Below are positions 48,701-58,959 of a DNA stretch of 64,000 bases, one piece after another. This DNA comes from Candidatus Moranbacteria bacterium RIFOXYB1_FULL_43_19 (lineage in GTDB: Bacteria > Patescibacteriota > Minisyncoccia > Moranbacterales > UBA11712): NCBI GenBank assembly GCA_001784875.1, contig MFSH01000023.1, positions 33,969 to 97,968 on the forward strand, read 5' to 3'. The stretch's first letter is position 1. Each line of letters opens with the position of its first letter. The position numbers were made by a program, and so were the translations under genes. Below the pieces are notes generated by a model, which saw nothing but the letters and a program-made list of their open reading frames with translations, searched no databases and had not been told where the DNA came from.

Positions 48701-51631
48701 ATGTTCAATCCAGTCAATCCCAAACAAAGCCTTCCTGAAATGGAAGAAAAAATTCTCAAGTTTTGGGAAGAAAATAGAATTTTTGAGAAATCCCTGGAAC
48801 TTCGCCGAGACGCGGAGCTTTATTCTTTTTACGACGGGCCGCCTTTTGCCACCGGCCTTCCTCATCATGGGCATCTTCTGGCCTCAACCTCGAAAGACGT
48901 CGTGCCGCGATATTGGACTATGAAAGGCTTCCGGGTCCCGCGCCGGTGGGGATGGGACACCCACGGCCTTCCCATTGAAAACATCATTGAAAAAAAGTTC
49001 AGCTATAAAGGCAAAAGGGACATTGAAAAAAATATCGGGCGCTTCAACGCGGAGGCCAAAAAAACCGTTCTCCAGTTTGCAGACGAGTGGAAAAAAACAG
49101 TCCGCCGGATCGGCCGCTGGGTGGATTTCGACAATTCCTACAAAACAATGGATAGCTCTTTCATGGAATCGGTCTGGTGGGGATTTTCAGAGCTCCATAA
49201 AAAAAATTTGGTTTACAAAGACTCGAGAATATCCCTTTATTGCCCGCGCTGTTCGACGCCCCTTTCCAATTTTGAGGTGGCGATGGATTCAAGCTATAAA
49301 GAAGTCAAAGACGCTTCGGTATATTTCAAGTTAAAAGTGAAAGGCGAAAAATATCCGGACACTTTTTTCCTTGTTTGGACGACTACGCCCTGGACGCTTT
49401 TGGCGAACGTCGCCATCGCCGTGAATCCGAAAGAGAAATATGCAGTTGCGCGGCAGGGGAAAGAAAAATATATTTTGGCCAAAGACCGCCTTGAAGCGCT
49501 TGGAGAAGGTTTTGAAATCGAAAATGAAATAGCCGGCAAAGATTTGGAGGGAATCGAATACGAGCCTATATTTGCGCACACCATAAAAAATGGATACCGC
49601 GTGGTGACCGGCAATTTTGTGAGTCTTGAAGACGGGACGGGAATCGTCCATATCGCTCCGGCTTTCGGCGAAGACGATTTCCGGGTGAGAAAAGAAAACA
49701 ACCTGCCCATCATTGAAAACGTGGATGATGAAGGAAAATTCATCGAAGGCGATTGGGTGGGCGAAAATGTCTGGGAATCGAATTTCAAAATTTTAAAGGA
49801 TATATCCGAGAGAGGGTTTGTTTTCAAGAAAGAAAATGTGGGCCATTCGTATCCTTTTTGCCACCGTTGCGACACCAAGCTCATCTACATGTCCCAGCCG
49901 GCCTGGTTCATCAAAGTTTCAGAGCTGAAAGAAAAACTTTTGGCGGAAAATGAAAAGATCAGCTGGCACCCCAAGCATCTCAAAGAAGGAAGGTTTGGGA
50001 ACGGTCTTGAGACAGCGCCCGACTGGAATATTTCCCGCTCAAGATATTGGGGAAACCCGATGCCGATTTGGCAATGCGACAACAAAAAAGCCAAAAGCTT
50101 GGAATGCGATAATATTAGGATAATTGGGTCTTTCAGGGAACTGGAAAAATTGTCCGGAAAAAAACTGGAGGATTATCATCGGCCGATGATTGACGAAATA
50201 ACTTTTCCTTGCGAAAAATGCGGCGGAACAATGAAAAGGATTCCCGATGTTTTCGACTGCTGGGTGGAATCTGGTTCGATGCCTTTTGCCGAATTCCACT
50301 ATCCCTTCGAAAACAAGGAAGAATTTGAAAAAAGGTTTCCCGCCCAATTCATTTCCGAGTATATTGCCCAGACGCGGGGGTGGTTCTATACTCTCCATGT
50401 TCTTTCTGTGGGATTGTTTGGGAAGCCAAGTTTTCTCAACGCCGTGACAACGGGGACCATCACCGGCGCGGATGGGAAAAAGCTATCCAAGTCTCTTGGG
50501 AATTTCACTGACCCTAACATGCTCGTCAACCGCTTCGGGGCAGACGCTTTTCGCTTTTATCTCATGAGTTCGCCTCTTATGGAAGGGGAAAATCTGAGTT
50601 TTTCAGACGATGAGCTAAAAGATATCTTCAAGGGGATGTTTCGGATGCTTTGGAATACATATTCCTTTTTTGCCCTCTATGCGAATATTGACAAATTTGA
50701 ACCAAGACTAAGTCTTGGGGTGTCCCCAAGACTTAGTCTTGGAAATTTGCTGGATAAATGGGTAATTTCTGAATTGAATAGCCTGATAAAAAATGTGAAT
50801 CGGCATATGGAATCCTACGAACTTTCGAGAGCGGCAAGATTATTCCCGGTCTTCATTGATAATCTTTCTAACTGGTATATTCGCCGGAGCCGTAAAAGAT
50901 TTTGGAAACCGGCCTCTCCGGCAGGCGGGAGCGAGAGTGATGAGGATAAAAAACAGGCTTACGAAACCTTGCATTACATACTAACAGAGCTGTCAAAGCT
51001 GATGGCGCCGTTCACGCCTTTTGTAGCGGAGGAAATTTATAAGAATCTTTCCGGAGAAGAATCTGTGCATCTGGTTGATTTTCCAGCTGCAGATGAAAAA
51101 ATGGTTGATGATGAACTCAACAAGCAAATGCAACTTGTGCGGCGTTTCGTAAAAATGGGGCTGGCCGCTCGGGCGAAAGCCGGAATCAAAGTACGCCAGC
51201 CCCTCAAAGAGTTGATGGTCAACGAAATTATCGATGACAATCTGCTGGATCTTCTGAAGGAAGAAGTGAACGTGAAAAAAATCGGCTTTTACGGATCGAT
51301 TGAAAAAGATCCGGGAATATACATCGAACAGGAAGGGAATTCGATGGCCGGCCTCAATATTGTCATAACAGATGAGCTGCGCCTCGAGGGAGAGGCCCGG
51401 GAACTCATCCGGCGCATCCAAGAGCTTCGGAAAAAAGCGGGATATGAAGTTGACAACCGGATCACCATTTTCTACCAGGGAGGAGAGAAAATTTTTGAAA
51501 AATTTGGGGACATAATTGCCCGTGAGACTCTAGCCACTGGCGCGATTGAAAGCGAGGGAACTGATTCTGACATCGAAGAATTTTTTGAGCTGGAAACAGC
51601 GCCGGTAAAAATTTGGCTGAAGAGGATATAA
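48701..51631 (+). CDS. ileS: isoleucine--tRNA ligase
   Basis: HIGH (PHHGHLL), KMSKS (KLSKSLGN), editing domain, Zn-finger CxxC pairs; contains in-frame palindromic insert. Confidence 0.92.
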   Translation: MFNPVNPKQSLPEMEEKILKFWEENRIFEKSLELRRDAELYSFYDGPPFATGLPHHGHLLASTSKDVVPRYWTMKGFRVPRRWGWDTHGLPIENIIEKKFSYKGKRDIEKNIGRFNAEAKKTVLQFADEWKKTVRRIGRWVDFDNSYKTMDSSFMESVWWGFSELHKKNLVYKDSRISLYCPRCSTPLSNFEVAMDSSYKEVKDASVYFKLKVKGEKYPDTFFLVWTTTPWTLLANVAIAVNPKEKYAVARQGKEKYILAKDRLEALGEGFEIENEIAGKDLEGIEYEPIFAHTIKNGYRVVTGNFVSLEDGTGIVHIAPAFGEDDFRVRKENNLPIIENVDDEGKFIEGDWVGENVWESNFKILKDISERGFVFKKENVGHSYPFCHRCDTKLIYMSQPAWFIKVSELKEKLLAENEKISWHPKHLKEGRFGNGLETAPDWNISRSRYWGNPMPIWQCDNKKAKSLECDNIRIIGSFRELEKLSGKKLEDYHRPMIDEITFPCEKCGGTMKRIPDVFDCWVESGSMPFAEFHYPFENKEEFEKRFPAQFISEYIAQTRGWFYTLHVLSVGLFGKPSFLNAVTTGTITGADGKKLSKSLGNFTDPNMLVNRFGADAFRFYLMSSPLMEGENLSFSDDELKDIFKGMFRMLWNTYSFFALYANIDKFEPRLSLGVSPRLSLGNLLDKWVISELNSLIKNVNRHMESYELSRAARLFPVFIDNLSNWYIRRSRKRFWKPASPAGGSESDEDKKQAYETLHYILTELSKLMAPFTPFVAEEIYKNLSGEESVHLVDFPAADEKMVDDELNKQMQLVRRFVKMGLAARAKAGIKVRQPLKELMVNEIIDDNLLDLLKEEVNVKKIGFYGSIEKDPGIYIEQEGNSMAGLNIVITDELRLEGEARELIRRIQELRKKAGYEVDNRITIFYQGGEKIFEKFGDIIARETLATGAIESEGTDSDIEEFFELETAPVKIWLKRI
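50702..50742. repeat. two inverted copies of 17-nt palindrome CCAAGACT(A/T)AGTCTTGG inside ileS, in frame (encodes PRLSLG-VS-PRLSLG)
   Basis: ccaagactaagtcttgg ggtgtcc ccaagacttagtcttgg; second copy identical over 19 nt to intergenic hairpin at 19071..19091. Confidence 0.75.
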
Positions 51632-51825
51632 GAATTGAGATTTGAGAAGCGAAAAGCGAGATTTTTCGGGAAGTAATTTTTTTGTATACTTCACTCCCGC
51701 GCTAAATACTGATGATAAAATTGCCTGCCAACCAGCCGAAGTGCGAAAAATTTGCCATTACTTGGTTCGGGGCAAGCCCGCAAAGCGTAGCTTCATTCAA
51801 AATTCCATAAAAAAAGGAGAGCCAA

Positions 51826-52170
51826 ATGGACTCGAGAAAGATATTTGCGTGGCGATTGCCGTTCGGGGATAAATGCGATCCCCAATGCGAGAATGACTTG
51901 CATAACGCTTACTGCATGGTTTTCCCCGTGATTGCCGTAATTCTGGTCTTATCTTTGGTCGGTTTTCTGCGCAAAGTTTTCATCTTCGGATTTCTTGTGC
52001 GCCATTCGGTGGGTTATCAGGGCGCCATGATATTTTCTATCATTGCGTTTCTGGCGGTTTTCATTGCAACGTTGAGACATCAGAAAAAAATAATCGTTCG
52101 TCTCTGGTGCCGGCGATGTCCGGGGTTGGAAAAGAAACCGGTCAGCGATGGCTTTATGCTCATCATCTAA
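51826..52170 (+). CDS. hypothetical small membrane protein
   Basis: 114-aa ORF with 2-3 hydrophobic helices; weak. Confidence 0.3.
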   Translation: MDSRKIFAWRLPFGDKCDPQCENDLHNAYCMVFPVIAVILVLSLVGFLRKVFIFGFLVRHSVGYQGAMIFSIIAFLAVFIATLRHQKKIIVRLWCRRCPGLEKKPVSDGFMLII

Positions 52171-52199
52171 CCCGGCGTTGCCGGTGAGGAGGAGGTACT

Positions 52200-52397
52200 T
52201 TGAAACCAAGCAAAAAAGAAATTTTGGTTTCCTGTTCGTGCGCATCTTTTCCCGCAGCAGGATATGGATTGGCTTGTTTCTTTTTCAAGTTTAGCTTTCA
52301 AGGAAAGCTATTGCTGACACTGGCCGGTTTATTTCTAGGAGCGGTTGTCCTGGGATTTGTAATTTGGATTAGTGGGAGAAAAAAAATTCCGCCTTGA
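52200..52397 (+). CDS. hypothetical small membrane protein
   Basis: 65-aa ORF with one TM; weak. Confidence 0.25.
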   Translation: MKPSKKEILVSCSCASFPAAGYGLACFFFKFSFQGKLLLTLAGLFLGAVVLGFVIWISGRKKIPP

Positions 52398-52544
52398 TTC
52401 GGGTCGCATTCGCGGCCCTTTTTTTATGCTATAATCAAACTATGCCCGGTAGTGAAATTTTGACTAGCCTTTGGCTATAACAAAAAAACTAAAGGGCAAA
52501 TCTATCTAGAATATTTTAATTTCAGTTTTGGCCCTAGTTTTTCT

Positions 52545-53273
52545 ATGGTCAAAGTTCTGCTACCGGGTATGCAAAAATACACGGCCATAATTTTGGCTTC
52601 GCGCAAGGCGAACGAAGTGAACCGGCTATATATAATGTATACCCTCGAGCAGGGGCTTGTGAAAGCGGTGGCCAAGGGCGTTCGAAAGCCAAACGCAAAG
52701 TTGGCCGGGCATCTTGAGCCGGTGACACTTTCAGAGGTTTATGTCGCCCGCTCAAAGGGAATGGGGCAAATCACAAGCGCCATCACGCTTGAAACTCTTG
52801 AAAATATCAAAAAAGATTTTGGCAAACTCTCTGAAGCTTTGAAAATATTCCGTTTTTTTCTCAAAAATTTCAGTGAAGGGGAAAAAGATGAGAGAATTTT
52901 CAAACTTTTGTGCGGATTTTTGGAATTTTTGGCAGGCAAGGAAGCTAAAGTGGAAATTTTGACCGAAGCTTTTTGGTGGAAGCTTTTCGACGTTTTGGGA
53001 AACCGGCCGGAAGTGGTGAAATGCGCCGGTTGCAGTGGAAAGTTACGGGCAGATTCGAAAAAATATTTTAGCATTTCCAAAGGCGGGGCAGTCTGCTTGG
53101 ACTGCAGGCAAAATTTTGAAGGGCTGACTGCGATCAGCGACAATCAGATCAAGCTTCTTCGCGTTTTTTTGGGGAATTCTCTTGAAAAAACGGCGAAAGT
53201 TAAAATAAGCGAAAAAGAAGTCGAAAAACTGGCCAAAATCAGGGGAAATTATATAAAATACCATTTTTCCTAA
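52545..53273 (+). CDS. recO: DNA repair protein RecO
   Basis: N-terminal OB-fold region, C-terminal Zn finger CAGCSGK...GGAVCLDC; start may be MQKY (52569). Confidence 0.75.
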   Translation: MVKVLLPGMQKYTAIILASRKANEVNRLYIMYTLEQGLVKAVAKGVRKPNAKLAGHLEPVTLSEVYVARSKGMGQITSAITLETLENIKKDFGKLSEALKIFRFFLKNFSEGEKDERIFKLLCGFLEFLAGKEAKVEILTEAFWWKLFDVLGNRPEVVKCAGCSGKLRADSKKYFSISKGGAVCLDCRQNFEGLTAISDNQIKLLRVFLGNSLEKTAKVKISEKEVEKLAKIRGNYIKYHFS

Positions 53274-53419
53274 AATTTTTTTGCCCCTTTGCCCTTTTTG
53301 CTGTAAAATTAGGTCAAACTCCGCACTGTGATTTTGCGGCTTAGGGTTGGTCAATTCTAAATAATTTGTCACATTCGTTCTGAATTTATTTTCGCAGAAC
53401 GTCCTGTGGCGCAGGGCAA

Positions 53420-55357
53420 TTGTCTCTCAAGGAAATTGAAGGGAAAATTTATAAAAGAGAGGGAGAAACTCCGCAAGATAAAAAAGCGACTGGAAATTCT
53501 CCAAGCCTGACCGAAAAAAACGAAAGTCCTTTCGCGCCGACTTTTTTCAAAACGGAAGAGGCGAAAAAGAACGGCGTCTGGATCAAGGAAGACGAAGAGA
53601 AAAAAGCCAAAAAAAAGAAAGTCGTGAAAATTGCCGCAATTTCAGCTTCGGTGTTGGTTTTGCTTTCCGGGCTAGTCTGGGGCGCTCTTTATATAAGAAA
53701 AAGTTCTTTTTCGGAAGATAAAGTGACAATTTCCATTTCCGGGCCGGAAGAAATTCAAAGCGGGGACATGGTGACTCTTGAGATAAATTATAAAAATGAA
53801 AACCGGGCGAGCCTCAAGGACGCCGTGATTGATATAAGTTATTCCGAAAATTTCAAGCCGCTCGACAACCTCAACCTGGAATCGGGAGGACCAAATTCGA
53901 GCCGCCACAATGTAGGGACAATAGAAGGAAAATCGGATGGAAAGTTTGAGTTGCGGGGAAAATTTTTTGGCACAAAAGGCCTTTTAACCTACATAAACGT
54001 CAAACTTCAATATAGTTCTTCAAATTTCAGTTCCCAGTTCGAAGCCGAAGCAAAACACGGAATGACAATTTCCTCAAGTCCGCTTGAAATTGAAGTCATT
54101 GGTCCCCAAAGCGTTTCTTCCGGGGGAGCAGTTACCTTTTTGGTGAAATATCGAAACGCCGGCCAGCAGGTTTTCCGGGACCTCAAGATGAAAGCTGATC
54201 TGCCGGCCGATTTTACGGTGACAACTTCGGAGCCGTTGCCGGCTTCGGGAGGAAATATCTGGTATGTAGGGGATTTGGAAGGACAAGGAAGCGGGGAATT
54301 GAAAATTTCAGGAGTGCTCGCGGGGCAGCCCCAGGAAACAAAGCAATTCAAATTTGCTCTTGGGGAGATTGGCAGTGACGATTTTATCGCCTATAACGAA
54401 ACGTCAAAAAGCATCAAAGTGATAGGCGTGGCGGTGGCTCTCACCCAGACAATCAATGACAAAAAAGACGCTCTTCTCGTGAATACGGGCGACAATTTGA
54501 ATTTTAAAATCAAATTCAGAAACGTAAGCGACACGGCGCTCAAAGACTTGATTCTCACCGAAGAAATATCCAGCCCGGCCCTTGACTATGGTTCATATCG
54601 GGATTCTTCGGGTTCGCAAGGGGCGCTCGATTCAAACAAAGGAATCATATCCTGGAAAGCGCCTGGCCTTGAAAAATTGAGAGCGCTGAACCCCGGGGAA
54701 GAAGGGGAGCTCAGTTTTTCGGTGAAAATAAAAGACAAGGTCCCCGTTTCAAGCGCGAAAGACAAGAATTTTTCCTTTACGGCCATTTGCCGGATCGAAA
54801 GCCCCGATATTCCCACGCCCGAAGGAGAAAACAAAATAGTTTCCGGAAATGGAATTGCGGTGAAACTCAATTCGAAAATAATTGTTCGGGAAGAAGGATA
54901 CTACAATGACGCGGAAATTTCCAATACCGGTCCTCTTCCTCCCAAGGTAGGAGAAGAGACGACCTTCGCGATCCATCTCAAGGCGGAAAATATTTCCAAC
55001 GACATAACAGACGCGAAAATTGTGGTGACGCTGGCTCCAAATGTTTCCTGGAAAGATAATTTTTTGCCAAAAGACGCAAATATTGATTATAATGACCGGA
55101 CAGATGAGGTGGTCTGGAACATCGGGTCTCTTCCGGCAGGCGTGGGAACGATTACTGATCCTAAAGAAACTATTTTCCAGATTGGCCTCAATCCCTCGGC
55201 AAATTTTGTCGGCCAGTATCCCAAACTTCTCAAAAGCACGGTTTTTTCAGCAAAGGACAGCTTCACCGGGCAAAATCTGGAAGCGAAACTGGGCGAAAAA
55301 GATACCAATCTTACTGAAGACTTGAGCGTAGGCAGCTCGGGGATGGTTACGCAATAA
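53420..55357 (+). CDS. large membrane-anchored surface protein with repeated beta-rich (DUF11-like) domains
   Basis: Single N-terminal TM (VVKIAAISASVLVLLSGLVWGALYI) then ~550-aa extracytoplasmic region of repeated Ig-like segments. Confidence 0.5.
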   Translation: MSLKEIEGKIYKREGETPQDKKATGNSPSLTEKNESPFAPTFFKTEEAKKNGVWIKEDEEKKAKKKKVVKIAAISASVLVLLSGLVWGALYIRKSSFSEDKVTISISGPEEIQSGDMVTLEINYKNENRASLKDAVIDISYSENFKPLDNLNLESGGPNSSRHNVGTIEGKSDGKFELRGKFFGTKGLLTYINVKLQYSSSNFSSQFEAEAKHGMTISSSPLEIEVIGPQSVSSGGAVTFLVKYRNAGQQVFRDLKMKADLPADFTVTTSEPLPASGGNIWYVGDLEGQGSGELKISGVLAGQPQETKQFKFALGEIGSDDFIAYNETSKSIKVIGVAVALTQTINDKKDALLVNTGDNLNFKIKFRNVSDTALKDLILTEEISSPALDYGSYRDSSGSQGALDSNKGIISWKAPGLEKLRALNPGEEGELSFSVKIKDKVPVSSAKDKNFSFTAICRIESPDIPTPEGENKIVSGNGIAVKLNSKIIVREEGYYNDAEISNTGPLPPKVGEETTFAIHLKAENISNDITDAKIVVTLAPNVSWKDNFLPKDANIDYNDRTDEVVWNIGSLPAGVGTITDPKETIFQIGLNPSANFVGQYPKLLKSTVFSAKDSFTGQNLEAKLGEKDTNLTEDLSVGSSGMVTQ

Positions 55358-55500
55358 GTTTGAAATCCTAAATTCTAATATCTAAATCCTAAACAATACT
55401 AAAATTCAAATAACCAAAATTCAAAACTTTTGAAAATTTGAATTTGGAGAGTTTGAATTTGTTTAGAGTTTGGCGCTTGGAATTTAGGATTTTTATGGTT

Positions 55501-56718
55501 ATGTTCAAAATTGTTAAAAGAGAAAATGAGCTGAGGGCAGGAAAGCTGCAAACGATGCATGGAACGGTCAATACTCCGTTTTTTTTGCCTATTGCCACCA
55601 AAGGAGCAGTGAAAAATTTGACCTCCGAAGAGCTTCGGGAGGCCGGCGCGGAAATTATCTTAGGCAATACCTATCACCTTTGGCTCCGGCCGGGAATTGA
55701 TGTAATCAAAAAAGCAGCCTGCCCGCAACGCTCTCGCTTGCAAGGCGGGCGGGGCGGATTGCACCGTTTCATGAACTGGAACGGGCCGATTCTGACTGAC
55801 TCTGGCGGTTATCAGGTTTTTTCACTTGGCCCTGTTAAATTCCGCCAGGGGCGGACCTTCGCCAAAGGCGAAGGATTTAACAGGGTAAACCTATCTGAAG
55901 AGGGAGTTGAATTTCGCGATCCGGTGAATGGAAAAAAATATTTCATGACGCCGGAAAAATCAATCGAAATCCAGCTTGCTCTCGGGAGCGATATTATCAT
56001 GGTTCTTGATGAGTGTCCGCCGTACCCATGTTCAAAAGATTATGCGAAGAAATCGCTGGAGAGAACGACGAGATGGGCGGAGCGTTGCTTTCGATATTTT
56101 CATGAGCAAATAAATAAAAATAAAAAGAAATATAAGAAATGCAGACCTCTGTTATTTTGTATTGTTCAAGGTTCTGTATTTAAGGATCTCCGCAAAAAAT
56201 CGGCGAATCAACTGTTGAATATGGATTTCTCCGCCCTAGGCGGACCAGCCTCGGGCTGGGACGGCTATGCCATCGGCGGAGTTGCGGTTGGCGAGCCGCG
56301 GGAAAAAATGAAAAAGATCCTGCAGTGGGTTTTGCCGATGCTTTCGGAAGACAAGCCGAGATACCTCATGGGGCTGGGAAAGCCGGAAGAAATTGTCCAC
56401 GCCGTAAAGAATGGAATTGATATGTTCGATTGCGTCATTCCAACGCGCAACGCCCGGCACGGGTCATTTTTTGTCCGGGAAAGCAGAAGAAAGAGCATCA
56501 ACGGAAATAATTTTTATCGAACAATCAACATAACCAACGAGAAATTCAAAAAAGATTTTTTCCCAGTTGGAAAAAATTGTGATTGCTACACTTGCCGGAA
56601 TTTTACCCGGAGCTATCTGCGGCATCTTTTTTCTGTTGGCGAACCTCTGGCGGGGCGCCTGGCGACAATCCACAACTTAAAATTTTATCTGGATCTCATG
56701 AAAATATTGCGAAAATGA
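55501..56718 (+). CDS. tgt: queuine tRNA-ribosyltransferase
   Basis: TPFFLPIATKGAV, LTDSGGYQVFSL catalytic Asp region, Zn site CDCYTC..H; start taken at MFKIVK. Confidence 0.88.
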   Translation: MFKIVKRENELRAGKLQTMHGTVNTPFFLPIATKGAVKNLTSEELREAGAEIILGNTYHLWLRPGIDVIKKAACPQRSRLQGGRGGLHRFMNWNGPILTDSGGYQVFSLGPVKFRQGRTFAKGEGFNRVNLSEEGVEFRDPVNGKKYFMTPEKSIEIQLALGSDIIMVLDECPPYPCSKDYAKKSLERTTRWAERCFRYFHEQINKNKKKYKKCRPLLFCIVQGSVFKDLRKKSANQLLNMDFSALGGPASGWDGYAIGGVAVGEPREKMKKILQWVLPMLSEDKPRYLMGLGKPEEIVHAVKNGIDMFDCVIPTRNARHGSFFVRESRRKSINGNNFYRTINITNEKFKKDFFPVGKNCDCYTCRNFTRSYLRHLFSVGEPLAGRLATIHNLKFYLDLMKILRK

Positions 56719-58010
56719 GAAAAAAAATCGAACTCATTGCTCCCGGAGGGAGCCTTGAAAAAATTGAATATGCCTATCATTTTGGGGCTGACGCGGTCTA
56801 TGCGGGGCTGCCGAATTTTTCTTTGCGGTCGAGGATCAATGAATTCAACGAGAGAAGATTGGTGAAAGCAGCGAAGTTGGCGCGAATCCTTGGCAAAAAA
56901 ATATATTTCACAATCAATGTCTACGCCCACGAGCGGCACCTGGAAGTTCTCAAAAAACATTTGAAATTTATAAAAAAGATAAAGCCGGACGCGGTGATCG
57001 TCAGCGATCCAGGCATAATCAATCTGGTCAGAAATTTTTCGCCGAAGATAAAAATTCATCTTTCCACTCAAGCCAACACAACCAATTCTGAAGCGGTAAA
57101 ATTTTGGCAAAAACTAGGAGTATCGCGAATAATCCTCGCGCGGGAAGTGACGCTTGAAGAAATAAGGGGAATAAGAAAAGCGTGTCCGAAAATAGAATTG
57201 GAATATTTTGTCCATGGCGCGATGTGCATGAGCTATTCGGGAAGATGCCTGCTTTCCCGATGGATGCGAAACCGGAGCGCTAATCTGGGGGACTGCGCAC
57301 AACCGTGCCGGTGGCCGTATCACGTAACACGAAACACAAAACACGTAACACAAGAAAATAAGGAAGAAATTATTTTATCAGAGGATGAACATGGGACTTA
57401 TTTTCTAAATTCCAAGGATCTTTGTTTGATAGAGTATTTAGACAATTTGGCCAAAGCGGGAGTGAATTCTTTTAAAATCGAAGGGCGGACGAAGAGCGCC
57501 TATTATGTTGCTTGCGTGGCAAAATCCTATAAAAAAGTATTGGACGCAATAAAATTCGGAAAAAGCCAAATGGAAATCAAAAAAGTTTCTGCTTTGGAAA
57601 GAAAAGAGCTGGAAAAATTGGTAAACCGCGGATACTCAACCGGATTTTTGTTCGGAAAAGACAAATGGGAAAATGATTTTGAAAAATCCCACCAGGAAAG
57701 CAAATGGCAATTTGTGGGGGAGATTATTGGCATAGAACCGACTCATATCGCTGCACAAAGCGGGTTTTGCTCGCGAAGCGTTGCGGGCGGGGAAAATTGG
57801 GCAAAAGTTAAAATACATAACGTTCTGAAAAAAAAAGAAAGAGTAGAAATAATCATGCCAGACAAGATATATGGAGACGAAATTTTGGAAATTAGAAACA
57901 GCAATGGCGAAAAAGTTAAATCGGCCCACGGCGGGGGAAAACAGGCTTATTTTGTCCGGCTCAGCCGTTTTTATCCCGAAAAATCGATGCTAAGAAAATA
58001 TCAGGGTTAA
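56715..58010 (+). CDS. peptidase U32 family protein (RlhA/TrhP-like putative RNA hydroxylase)
   Basis: U32 signature region E..FVHGAMCMSYSGRCLLS; 4-nt ATGA overlap with tgt stop. Confidence 0.8.
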   Translation: MRKKIELIAPGGSLEKIEYAYHFGADAVYAGLPNFSLRSRINEFNERRLVKAAKLARILGKKIYFTINVYAHERHLEVLKKHLKFIKKIKPDAVIVSDPGIINLVRNFSPKIKIHLSTQANTTNSEAVKFWQKLGVSRIILAREVTLEEIRGIRKACPKIELEYFVHGAMCMSYSGRCLLSRWMRNRSANLGDCAQPCRWPYHVTRNTKHVTQENKEEIILSEDEHGTYFLNSKDLCLIEYLDNLAKAGVNSFKIEGRTKSAYYVACVAKSYKKVLDAIKFGKSQMEIKKVSALERKELEKLVNRGYSTGFLFGKDKWENDFEKSHQESKWQFVGEIIGIEPTHIAAQSGFCSRSVAGGENWAKVKIHNVLKKKERVEIIMPDKIYGDEILEIRNSNGEKVKSAHGGGKQAYFVRLSRFYPEKSMLRKYQG

Positions 58011-58210
58011 AGTGAAAAAATTAAAATAGAGCGCCTTTGTGGAAATATTTTTGTTTTTGGAGACTGCCCAGTTGTTATTTCCGGAAATGCCTTGTTGACA
58101 ACTGCAAAATAGTGTATAATATCTGCAGATATAAAAAATAAAATTAACCCTGTTAAATAACCAGCCATAGGCTGATTGCCGCTTCGTGGCATTTAATAGG
58201 GCAAAAAAGC

Positions 58211-58876
58211 ATGGCTAGGAGGATAAAAACAAAAAATAGATCAGTAAGCACGAAAACTATTTTCAGCAAACAATTTCCTGCACAAGGGATAAAAGCAAGA
58301 AAAGATCTCCGCTTCAACATTTCTCTGGTGTTTCTTATCGCAATGCTTTCGATTTCTGTTTATCTTCTGCTTTTTTCCATGACTGAAAATGGAAAAGCAT
58401 TTAGAGACAGCTCTAGCCTTTCGCCAAAAACCGCAACGGTCAGTCCGGTAAAGGCAGTTTCGCCAGGGGAAAAAAAGCTCTTAGATGACTCTGCTCTTGA
58501 TTTCAAGTTGTCAGTTCCTTCCCAGCTTGGCCAGTGGATGTACCGAATTGGAAATGTCAAAGGATTGACAGATGATTCTCTTTCCAACCAGTTCGTAAAA
58601 ATATACGTCGCTCAAAGGACTGCCGGCAGTTCAACCAGCTTTGACGATTGCTACAAAGATGTTCTAACGTTAAGAAAATTTTCTGCGGAAGAGTGGGACG
58701 AGATTGAAAAAGGCTGCAGCAAAGGGAACCTTTTGTATTGTGAGGAAGCTGGAACAAAAATAAATGAAAAAGACGGGTCGGTTTGGGCGTATACAAAATC
58801 AGATAATTGCTCGAAAGAAACAAAGGCAAATTGCGCATCCATCGAAAAAATCATCGGAAGCTTCGAATTCAAATAG
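58211..58876 (+). CDS. hypothetical membrane-anchored protein
   Basis: N-terminal TM then ~170-aa soluble domain with 6 Cys. Confidence 0.4.
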   Translation: MARRIKTKNRSVSTKTIFSKQFPAQGIKARKDLRFNISLVFLIAMLSISVYLLLFSMTENGKAFRDSSSLSPKTATVSPVKAVSPGEKKLLDDSALDFKLSVPSQLGQWMYRIGNVKGLTDDSLSNQFVKIYVAQRTAGSSTSFDDCYKDVLTLRKFSAEEWDEIEKGCSKGNLLYCEEAGTKINEKDGSVWAYTKSDNCSKETKANCASIEKIIGSFEFK

Positions 58877-58959
58877 TTTTCTTGCAAGAGATTTTTTCCG
58901 GTGGCGATTTGAACTTTGAACCGGGAAACGGGCTCTCGAATAAAAGATATTTTAGATTT

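Noticed and set aside
55364-55492. AT-rich intergenic word repeats (AAATCCTAAA, AAATTCAAA, TTTCCAAAT) upstream of tgt, after glyQS (61261..61320) and upstream of ileS (48600..48700)
   Set aside because: They look like low-complexity, A-tract-rich promoter/spacer DNA rather than discrete elements; they contain some long-range inverted words but no defined structure.
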